64,000 nucleotides of DNA from Trichoplax sp. H2 (lineage: Eukaryota). Under the pieces are notes generated by a model. That model was not told the origin of the DNA, did no database searches, and saw only the letters and a program-made list of their open reading frames with translations. The stretch is taken from assembly GCA_003344405.1 (NCBI GenBank), contig NOWV01000018.1:1-64000 (forward strand), written 5' to 3'. Positions 16,850 through 27,839 of the stretch are shown piece by piece (the first letter of the stretch is position 1; every line of letters begins with the position of its first letter). Made by a program: the position numbers and the translations under genes.

Positions 16850-17905
16850 TACAGTACGTGCTGTTCCTCAACTGCTTCAGCGACAGTACACGCTGCAGAG
16901 AGATCCGTTTGATGAGAAAGAGCCCTGCAGATTATAGTTGACCACCCGGATTGCGGCGTGGGTCAAACCACTACGCAAGCGTGATAGAATGATGAAACCA
17001 CACATAGACTGTGTGTGAGGTAAAAAAGTTTCTTCATCAAACGAAAAAGTACAGTACAGCACAGTACAAACTACTGTAGCCAGTATAGTATACAGTACTA
17101 CAGTATACAGTACTGTACTGCGCAGTTTCTAGAAGACCTCTATGGTAGTACAGATAGACCGTAAAGGTATTGAACCGAACCGAACCTTTCTCAGGTCTAA
17201 ATTAGTACTGGTACAACTGTACTGTACTGTACACTCAGTGTACAGTACTGTACAGCTGCCAGCTGTACCGTCGCTATAGTCATATGTACGGTACAGTGTA
17301 CAGTACTGTACTGTACAGTGGTTGTTCGACAACGGCACATACTGTACACTGTACGTACAGTACGTTGCAGAGCTGGGTACAGTAGACTGACTACAGCACA
17401 GTAGGGTGACACGTTCACTCGCTCACTAACCAAACCTTCGACAGGTGTAACTGTAAGTACAGTCTTTACGGTACTGGATGATTCGAGCACGTGCTGCGTA
17501 CCACGCATACTATAGGCAGTACAGTACAGTATCGTACGATAAAAGCTGACGCTGTCTGGTCTTGCTGTGCGATGCAATCTTGCTCCATCAAACACTTGTA
17601 GTTCTGTACTGTCCGTCAGTAGGCCATATGAACAAGGTGATCCTGTTGCTGCGCAATCTTGCAATGTCCAGTACCGTTTTAAATAATGTACAGTACACTG
17701 TACTGTACGCTCGTGTGTAAAAACGACTGTACTGGGCGTAGCGGACCGAACCAGACCGGACTAGTCGGAAAAAGGACAGTACTAGACAGTACGCCGAACT
17801 CCTACTCTACTGGGCGTGGCGGACCGGACCGGACCAGACCGGACTAGTCGCAAAAAAAGGACTGGGACACAGGGTACAGTACTCAAGATAAACGGTACTG
17901 TACTC
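16850..17905. promoter_or_regulatory. ATP5F1A/HAX1 bidirectional promoter packed with CAGTA/TACTG palindromic units
   Basis: Divergent ATGs at 16779 (-) and 17985 (+). Dozens of cagta/tactg pentamers occur, e.g. 17049-17127, 17203-17400 and 17688-17735, and GC content is higher than in the flanks. Confidence 0.7.
17731..17865 (+). repeat. Two direct copies of a GC-rich ~50-55 bp element (ACTGGGCGTRGCGGACCG..CCAGACCGGACTAGTCG.AAAAAGGAC)
   Basis: Copies at about 17731-17777 and 17809-17862 differ by one extra GGACC pentamer, a few substitutions and A-run length. Confidence 0.85.
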
Positions 17906-17984
17906 AATTTACCGAATGTCCAAATCGTAAACAGTCAACATTTTGTCGTCCTTCAAGTGATGTTAAATAGTTGAAAAAGTGATC

Positions 17985-19788
17985 ATGACGTTAATGGACG
18001 CTTTTCGATCATTCTTAGGGCTTGATGAACACAAATGGAATCCACAGTAAGTGATGCAGATCCATACAGCAAGCTAATTTCCTAACATACGTACCTCTGT
18101 AATTTTGACATCCATCGTATGTACAGTATGATGCAATGTTGAGATATTGATTTTTTGTAAAAGTCCCTCAATCAGTATCAGTCTTATTGTCTGACCATGA
18201 CTAAAATGAAATACGTAACTGATGATGCAGTATGTCGGTAGAAAATATTACAACTGATATCTTGATTGTATTCGTCATGTATTAATTAGAAAAGTTGGGA
18301 CACTGTACGCGTAAATCTGGATAAGTGATCAGTAGAATCAAATGACGATATTTTGCTATTGGTCAGTCATAGATTACAAGTATACATACGTCAATATTGT
18401 CTTAATAATCCACAGCTCAAAATGGCAGAACTGCATTTGCTTGAACTGTACAATGTTGTGTTTTGCTACTACTTCCCTAATACGACGTATTTCTAGAATT
18501 TATCTTGAACTTTGCAATTGGTTACCTGCGAATTGTAGCATGTTTTATAAAGAGCGAGCGAGCATTTTGAAAACATTTCCAATGATAAATTAAATTAAAA
18601 TTACTAGATACGCATACGCGTATGCTTGCTTTTCTTACATTTGCAATAAGCAATCAATACTGCTGTTGGTGTTGTTATACTGTACAGCATCAGCTAGACA
18701 CAATTTATAAAACGATCTGCCGTAATGACTACTTCATCAATTTTTATTTTTCTCTTTTTATACGTAGCGACATCAGGAATAGATTTGAAAATGAATTTAA
18801 CCAAAATTTGTCCACTCTTGAAGAAGAATTTGAAAACCAAATGCGAATGGCAGATGAAATGTTGAAAGGTTTATTTTCAAATCGATTCTCCTTCCAAAAC
18901 CCGATGGATGCTGAATCTGGTCAACCGGAGTCCTTCATTTTTTACGGTAAAGTAGATACAATGCATCTTGCATATCACAATTTAAATGGATTATGACTGT
19001 GGACCAACTCTGTGTAAGATGGTGCTACCTCAAAAATCGATTACATTTCAATAATATACTACTGTAGTTGCTGTATCATTTTCTAAATGCGTAATTATAT
19101 GAATGAGATATGTCTAAAACTCAATTGAGTAAACATAAATGTTTCAAATTTCGATATAGATGATGGCAATAATCAGCAAAACAATGGTAATTTAAGAGAT
19201 CACGTACTGAAACCTGAATCGAAAAATGATCGCCTGAGTGCATTACCACCACCAATTCAACAACATCCTCCTTCAGTAGATGGGAATGGAATATTCCCCA
19301 AAATATTTCGATTTAATCAGGAAAAGCAGGATATTGATTACGATGAAAGTGTACAAGACAATCGGCATTTATTAAAGGGTTTGATAGGCGATGAAAGTAA
19401 TGGTCCTACCGATCTAAATCGACAACCAAAATCTTGGTTTTCTTCCAACAGTATTTCCTTCTCTACAATTACTAAACCAGACGGTAGCTCTGAGACAAAG
19501 CGTGTTGAACGAAATTCTAATGGAGACGAAGAAATTACGGTAACTCAGTCTTTCGGAGATCAGTCCTATACATATAAGAAACGTATCAAGGCTGATGGAA
19601 GCTCAGAAATTAACGAAGATTTTGTTAATGTTGATCAAGACAAAATGAGTGAGATTCGATCAAAGTTTTTTCCGAAACATTTAAACCAAGGAAAATTAAA
19701 AGATTCGGTTATGAAAGAGAGTACTGACGATCGGACCTTTAAATCGATACTATTTCCGAAGCTTGTTGACAGATTGTTTGATGATTAA
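17985..19788 (+). CDS. HAX1: HCLS1-associated protein X-1, 3 exons, 289 aa
   Basis: Exons 17985-18046, 18768-18946 and 19160-19788 join in frame. Motifs MTLMDAFRSFLG, NLRDHVLK, QDIDYD and QPKSWFSSNSISFSTITKPDGSSETKRVERNSNGDEEITVT match HAX1. Confidence 0.88.
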
Positions 19789-20374
19789 CTTCATTAGAAA
19801 ATATCATACTAAATTGGAGTTTTCTATGTTATAGAAAGCATGATTCGTAAGATTTATACATTTTTTGCCACCTTCTCTGAGGAAAAAGTACCCTTAATAG
19901 ATTATTAATAGTAATAATTTATTTCTGACCGATTTCTTAAGTTGATGTTACGTAAAGTTTCAGTCCTATGATGAATATAATATTCTCTCATAGGAGAAGC
20001 ATATGGAGCTTCTTTCGATGAAAAATTTATAAATCATTCTACAATTATAGACAAAAACATTGATGGTTCTGTTTATAATCTTACATTTTGTACTTATCGA
20101 TACATCACGCACGTCATTGAGAATGGAAAATGGCATATTGTAAAGATGAATATGAACCTGATTTACAATGTTATTTTATTAACACAACTAAATTTATTTC
20201 AATATGCATAGTGCATGTAACTCTATTCAAAATTCTATTTCAGTAGCTACTCGCATAATCAGTACTAGATCGAAAAAAATAAATTCATTATGTCATTAAT
20301 CATATTAAACTGTACCTTTGAGTAATAAAACGTGCTACAAGTAATTTATACGATTTATGTGATAATTTCATTGA

Positions 20375-20530
20375 AAGTAATTGCAGAAAACTTTAACTGG
20401 AGTCAATCAATAAATAAACATTAAATAAGAATATCATATACAACGAAGGAAATATATCGATGATCTTGTTTCAGAAGTTAAACCGAAGCTACAAGTGTTA
20501 AGCTATATCAAGAAAATTGCTGTCCTGCAA
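20375..20530 (+). repeat. Diverged partial copy of the 287-bp unit at 21058-21631
   Basis: Shares attgcagaa, tcaatcaataaataaaca, atgatcttgtttcagaa, ttaagcta..tatcaag and ctgtcct in the same order. Confidence 0.75.
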
Positions 20531-21057
20531 TAATATCTATCTACTCGTATTTGTAGGTATTTTTACATATACAATATATATATATATAATCAAGTAGCGT
20601 AGTATTCATCGAAAGAAAATATCTATGTCGACTACAAGAATCATTTGATTAAACTAGATTTCTTACTCCTAAAGTATCGCAGTTCTATTATGCTACCTCG
20701 AGAAATTGGTTGACATACGAGTACATTCCTACACTAACGGTAGGATTAATGTTAACCACACTGCATGTCCAATCGTAAACCCAACAGTACTAATGAAGAC
20801 CTTTATTCCGATTGGATTACACCCTACTAGAAATTAAAATTATGACTGTTAGATTTATACCTGTACTACCTTCTATAAGGAAAAAGTATCCTTAAGAAAT
20901 TATGTAATTGTTAATAATAGTAATTTATTTTCATCATGTTACGTCTTGTCACTTATTGATGCATAGTAAATTTGTATTGGGAGTGAAAGATGGTATTTAT
21001 CATAGTATATAGATAAATGGTCAACCTAATTTGCTATATATTAGTTTATTAACAGAA

Positions 21058-21631
21058 CTGAGTATAATTCAACACTACATGATGTTTACAATTCTATTTC
21101 AAATTCTATTTTACTGGTTATAATATAAAGTAAAGTAAATCTATACGAGATAATGTAAGTAATCATTTCGTCGTATGTCATTGCAGAAGTTTTAACAACT
21201 AAGAATCAATCAATAAATAAACAGTAACATCGATGCATGTACGACGAAGTAAATCTATCAATGATCTTGTTTCAGAATCTTAAACTGAAAGCTTGAAGTA
21301 TGTATTAAGCTACGTATATCAAGTAAACGCCTGTCCTATAATGGCTGAGTATAATTCAACACTACATGATGTTTACAATTCTATTTCAAATTCTATTTTA
21401 CTGGTTATAATATAAAGTAAAGTAAATCTATACGAGATAATGTACGTAATCATTTCGTCGTATGTCATTGCAGAAGTTTTAACAACTAAGAATCAATCAA
21501 TAAATAAACAGTAACATCGATGCATGTGCGACGAAGTAAATCTATCAATGATCTTGTTTCAGAACCTTAAACTGAAAGCTTGAAGTATGTATTAAGCTAC
21601 GTATATCAAGTAAACGCCTGTCCTATAATGG
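21058..21631 (+). repeat. Near-perfect 287-bp tandem duplication upstream of SIRT6
   Basis: Units 21058-21344 and 21345-21631 differ at about three positions (tgtaagt/tgtacgt, tgtacga/tgtgcga, gaatctt/gaacctt). Confidence 0.97.
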
Positions 21632-21906
21632 CGTCTATCTTATATTGGATATCGATGAATCTGCAAGCAGAATATGAGTACTGTTCTTTGGACGTAGGTG
21701 GATAAACTTTTAGGGGTACAGTAAGGAAATTTAGAATTGATAGAGACATTGTACTGTTGGTCGAACTACGGTACCCAGCACTGTTTTACTGTACTATACT
21801 GTACTGTACAATACTGCAGTACTATGGGTTGCTATGGGCACCTTAGAGAACAACTGGCAAATTTAAAAAATATTTTTCTCATTCATTCTTGAAATATGAT
21901 TCAACT

Positions 21907-24406
21907 ATGTCAGTAAACTACGCAGAAAATCTATCTCATTATCCAAACAAGGGTAAATGTGGCCAAGCCGAGGTAAGAAACCTGTTGATACTACAGTACT
22001 ACGTAGTAGGGATACAGCAAAAGACAGACTGACCAGTTCACGATTCATAGTATTACAAAGGTTTGAGACCTTAAAACTCACAGTCAGCGAATGAAAGTTA
22101 ATCTAGCAAAAATCAAAATGCTTCAACAGAGCTGGGAACTTGCTGTATTACTTATAGTTTATACGTTCTACTTTCAATCCACTACTTTTCCATAACTGTG
22201 CAACAACGCTAAACTACGCTCGATATTGTGCATTGATGTAATAAGTGCTTGCTGCCGCTTTCAAAGCTGTTAAAGATTAAGTAATTGTCATCACTTCATT
22301 GATATGCGATGCTGTTTACGTAATGTTATATTTATTACTAAAGTACAGCAGCTTTACTATTAACATAAGATATTGTTAACAGTACGAGTAAATATAGACT
22401 ATGTGTTTCAGATCTTGAAGGCTTAATACCCCCATCGAGTAAGCGATAATACCACTATGCTAAAAATTTCGATATTATCTGTTGTTCTCTTAGATATTTG
22501 ATTCCACCGAAGTACTACAAAGTAAAATTAAACAACTGGCAGAAATGATTAAAGCCAGCAAGTATATTGTAGTACATACTGGTGCAGGGATCAGCACCAG
22601 TGCTGGAATACCCGATTTTAGGTGAGTGATAATTAATAATACATATATTGGATAGCCTTTAGCTAACAACTGTAACTGTAATTGAACGAGTAATTTATTA
22701 TCACTAATCTTGTGGTAAATGCTGCCTTTTATTGACGAGTAGAGTAGGTTTATACGCGTAATGTTCTATTTTAAAATAAATAAATGATATTGTAACAAGT
22801 TCGATAATAATCGCCTTTTCTTGCACATTAAATTCTCTATCCAAAAACCCTGATTTAAAACATTCAGTCTGTAAGGTACAGTACAATTAAATTGGATTAG
22901 GTACAGTACTAGCAAAGAAACACTTGCAGTACAGTAAATCTAGAGAGCAGGTATCATTAGGCAACCAATTACTTCTATTGATCAATTTTAAACTGCTCCT
23001 CTCAGGGGCCCTCGAGGCGTATGGACATTAGAGGAAAAAGGCAAAAAACCGGAAATAAATATTACATTCGAAACTGCTCAACCTACTTTAACACATATGG
23101 CAGTAGTCGAACTAGCCAGAGCTGGCATTGTGAAATATGTAATTAGTCAGAACGTTGACGGTTTACATTGGAAATCTGGCCTCCCAAGGTAACATCTAAT
23201 GTGTTTAAATTATTTTATTTCACTACTGATTCATAACAAGTATCACTTGGCTAATACTTCAGTAAAAGAAATTGTGATTACTATAACTCGTAGTTAATAA
23301 CTATCACGATTCATTCTGTTATATGCGTATAGTGCAAACATGAAGTACCGGAAATTTAACTTACTATGTCATTCTTATTGCCCATAACAGAAACAAAGTA
23401 TCGGAACTCCATGGAAACATGTTTGTTGATAGATGTGATAGATGTTATCAAGAATACTGTCATGCTCATGCCTCAGTTACCGTTGGATGTAAGAAGACAG
23501 GCACAAGATGCACTCGTAACGATCGATGCAGGTAAATTTGCCTATCCACGATACACTGACATGTCGTAATTGTCATAATTGCACACTATCATTGTCTTTT
23601 TGGCTAAAATTGCCTAGCAGATCCGCTAAATGCTGATACATATCATCTAAAATCATCGTACATGATTTGTACCTTAATTCTTTTTATTTTTACAGAGGCT
23701 ATATAAGAGATACAATATTAGATTGGGAAGATTCTCTTCCAGAAAAAGACCTACTCTCAGCTGAAGATCATCTAAGGTGATATATCACGTAAACACAGCT
23801 CCGAGCCTTGCCTTTGTTGAAACCTTAGTTTTGTCATCTAAGTTTCACATAGAACGAAAGTTGTTCCGTTGCGATACCAAATGAATTATGTTCCTAGTCA
23901 ATTTCATTAACGTATTAAATATAATTCATGGCGTACTGTTTTTAGGCGATCTGATTTATCTTTGTGTTTGGGTACTTCACTCCAAATTAAACCGAGTGGA
24001 GACTTGCCTCTGCTAACGTTAAAGAACAACGGGTGCATAGCGATTTGTAATCTACAACCGACAAAATTGGTAAGGCTAACTACTATCAATATTTAAGAAT
24101 ACGTTTCTCTAATATATTAAATCTTGTAAACGAGACTTCTGAACATTTTTCTGAGCTTTTATATTTATAATAACATGTATTACTGGATAGGACAAAAAAG
24201 CGTCATTATGTATCCATGGCTATGTTGATCAAGTGATGATCGGTGTTATGGACGAATTGGGTTTACCGATACCAAAGTATTCACCAATGATAACAGAAAA
24301 TCTATTAAAAAGGAAATTCGATTGTATCAAGGAAGAGAGGCTCGTGGATGGAGAACCTGATAATAAAAAAGCTCTCACCAATCACAAGCGTCCGTCCGGA
24401 TGCTAA
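21907..24406 (+). CDS. SIRT6: NAD-dependent deacylase sirtuin-6, 7 exons, 312 aa
   Basis: Exons 21907-21972, 22494-22621, 23006-23188, 23391-23531, 23696-23776, 23946-24069 and 24191-24406. Motifs: [78 protein letters not shown]. Confidence 0.98.
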
Positions 24407-24506
24407 AATCAAAGATGAAATTTTTATATATATTATTAACAAATTCATTAAGCTACTCTTCGTGATATTCATGAATGTAAATAACTTATTTGTAGTTACC
24501 TCACGT

Positions 24507-25748
24507 TTAGTCCCTACTACAAACGGCCAATGACATAAGATAGGGAGATACCTGTGTATAGTAATTAAAGTTATTTGTTCCGATGTAATGGACAAAACGA
24601 ACTGCATCTATATACGACACGATCTAATCATCGGTACTACTACATTTTATACAGTACACCGTTGTTCCCAATTTTGCAATAGGTACTAGATATTCCATAT
24701 TTATCTTTCGATCTGATTAATAAAACACTATTATTGAACTTCTTCGGGCTTGCTATAGTTACAGAAAGTCCTCATTAGAGCTTACCTGCAAAATTCTGAA
24801 AGCACATTCATAATCACCGTACGTGCCGGTTAGTGTAAGTGAGCTCCAGACCTTGACAGCATCTCTATATAGAATGGAATAAAGAAATAAGGCAGGGATC
24901 ATCACACTGTAAACCCCAAATCTATGGCGATGCAATTATACGAATTGTAATCAGGTACAATCTGTAAATGCATCTAGTAACCCAATTACACATAAATGGA
25001 TTGTTGTTAAATTACTTCAATAAGTATACGCCGACCATCTATACAGTAAAATTACTTATTCGTATATCATATTGCAGAATGATTAGAAAGTACAGTGCTG
25101 TATTTCATAAGATCGTTAAATTTTGACCTGGTTATGAACTAAGCCGATAGACAAAAATGTATAAATATACGCGTATGCGTATATTTACGCAGGTACACAG
25201 TGCCAAATAGCCATAGAAAGATACACGAATACTATTCATTGAATAGTCTAAATTTATATTAATAGCGAAAGGCAACTAATTCGTTTCAAGTGACCTAGAT
25301 TTCGTACGTAAGATGGCTTCAAGTTTGCTCTGATCATACTTCAAGACATCAACAGTCATTATAGAGCCAATCTTAAATACAACATTACAGAAAGTACGTC
25401 AAAAGCTTAAAGAATGGATGATCTTTGCGTATTCACAAGTATAAGACGAGATAATATAACGTACCTCTCCGTACACAGACTGCAGGCACGAAATAATGAT
25501 GGATTTAAACCCCTTTTCATCATCTACAGTGACAGATCTGTCAGTAAATTCCCTAGTATCTCAACAGAAAGAGAAGATTAAGTTACACTTAGAAAAACAT
25601 GCAATACTATATACTGTATGCCCAAGTTACGTTTAGCTGAAAAATTGATTCATTTGCAATGAGTGCAATCTCGATTATAAAGTTGATCTTCCAGTTCTTA
25701 CAATTTCACTTTAAGATAAAAGAATTCACAGCTACAATTTATCTTCAT
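24507..25748 (-). CDS. RPP14: Ribonuclease P protein subunit p14, 5 coding exons, 111 aa
   Basis: Exons 25748-25702, 25552-25465, 25371-25295, 24864-24786 and 24551-24507 give EFFYLKVKLEF...FKSIIISCLQSVYGEIG...VDVLKYD...AILR...VKVWSSLTLTGTYGDYECAFRILQVSPYLMSLA, matching RPP14. Confidence 0.9.
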
Positions 25749-25939
25749 TTCGTTTCTTCTTAATACAGCAGCCCACAATCACTCCACTACATTGCCGTAT
25801 CTCACACTGTTAACGTTTCCGATAGCACCTCCTATGGTCTCTAGTCTCTTCCTCCTTCCATAAAAATCGTAAAAATTTACAGAAGAGAGCATCTAAAACC
25901 AGAGCTAAAACAACAAGAGCTAAAGATCGTGCAGCACTG

Positions 25940-26070
25940 CGGGTCTACTGTACTGTACTATCTGGTTCAAGACTGCCCAAGAGCTGTGTCATACTGTACT
26001 GGACAGTACAGTAGTGTGCAGCGTACACAGGGTAATTTGGTCGGTCTGGCTACATGTCCGTACAACGTTC
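25940..26070. promoter_or_regulatory. CAGTA/TACTG cluster and GGTCGGTCTGG element upstream of RPP14
   Basis: ctactgtactgtacta, actgtactggacagtacagtagt and gggtaatttggtcggtctgg lie just 5' of RPP14. Confidence 0.55.
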
Positions 26071-27839
26071 TCCTTGATTCGTTCTTTTAGCAATCCAAAT
26101 AGCTTTCAATATTTTAATACTACATCTAAGTTGCAGTCTATCTCGATTTAGCGTAGCTAAAAATTTAAATCTGATGAAACTCATTACGATAGCAGAAATT
26201 TCTATTTTACCAATCGAGTTGCGATGAACAGATTTTAAAACTCTTAAATGGGCAATCTTCTAACTCAAAGTCTACATTTACTTTACCTTATATAGTGCTG
26301 TCCATTACTGTACAGTACATTGCTTTGCTCCATATAATTACTGGAAGTATTTCCAAAATATGCAACTACCGTAATTAGCTTGTAGTGTATGAGTTTTTAA
26401 CTCTAGATTCGCAATGCTACAACTCAAAATTCTGAGTTATTAAAACAGAGCAAATCTCTAATGTGCCACAAATAGTTAACATCGTATTATTAACTTTCAA
26501 AGTAACGTTTTTTTTAGGATATACTATCACAACAATTACTAACCTACCATAGCATCTTAGATCTCAAATATCCATGAACTGTTTCAATCCACTGTAAAAT
26601 TCATTACTTTCGAGCTCTTATTCTGAGTATAGATGCATTAATGACAATTGTATTTGTATTAATATCTGATAGCTTTATCCCTCCTCCCCTTTCCCCCAAA
26701 AATGGTTAGTTGACTTTAATATTGCGGGATAATTTTTTTATATATGCGTATATCAATCATATTATTTATATTTATGTATAATACTTGTGTTAACAATATT
26801 TCAATATTGAAAATGATATTTTATTATTCCACAGACAAGACAAAATTCAGCACTTGATCGGCGATAACTTACTGAATTTTGATGTAGAATTAGAGCAGTA
26901 ATAGCTTAGCAATAGTTTACAACATAATCAATCGTTTCTGCCAAGATTAGGCCTTCAATTGGCTATAAAATAACAAGAAAAGGTACAAAAGAGATGAAGT
27001 AGAACTGAAATATATCTATGCAGTAGCAACTACTGAGGTATAATACAACCCATGTATAACCTCAGAAAGGCCTGTTTTGATTGATATCAAACTATAACAA
27101 ATTTTCAAAGGAAAATGTGATCATTCATTATCGCCTGAATCAATTAATAATTGCAAGTTAATCATGAGAAAGATTGATAGATACGCAGTGTTAGAAACTA
27201 AAATAAACCCATATTTTTAACTTTGTATCTTTGATAGTAAATTATAGTTACCAATAACTATGCCACGGTAATATTGAAAGTGCAAGCCGATTCAATATGA
27301 TGAAATATTATAAGTCGTATAATAGCGTTGAATATTCAACTAACTTCTTACAGACATAATACCTTAAATACGATGTCAACAAGGAGCAAGATCAAGTCTT
27401 GCTAAACAAAATAATCTCCATTGCAAAGCAATTGCATGGATAAGTAAAACAGTTTGGTTAATGTAAGGAATTATGAATGCTGGACAAACTATAAATTTAT
27501 CGTTTCTAAAGATGGGAAACACATCCATCAACATTTAAATTTATAATACATTCGTATTTGCTAGCTCGGAGCTAGACAGCGAGTACAAATATCAGAAAAG
27601 ATGTAATTAATATCACCTTATAGCAATCTATACTTAGAACTTGTAATAAAAAATCATGATAGAGTAGAAACACAACATTCGATTTAAAAAAGAGGCTTTA
27701 AATACCGATACAAACAACTTAATTATTAATGCTTATTGAAAAGAAAGCAGAGTGCGACGAAACTCAGTTGCAAGATTGATCCCGAAAAGATGAAGTAAAT
27801 CTAGATATTTAGTATTTTTCGTTCCACTTCATTTCCCCT

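Noticed and set aside
17129-17664. ORFs of 155 and 69 aa on the minus strand
   Set aside because: The TVQY/CTV-rich translations are by-products of the stop-poor CAGTA/TACTG repeats in a promoter.
20380-20480. Cys-loop receptor TM4-like peptide (NKIIDIFPSLYMIFLFNVY) on the minus strand
   Set aside because: Too short, not preserved in the duplicate copies, and no other receptor parts are nearby.
24305-24607. 100-aa minus-strand ORF downstream of RPP14 as a possible HTD2
   Set aside because: No hotdog-fold/MaoC motif; it overlaps the RPP14 last exon out of frame and SIRT6 in antisense.
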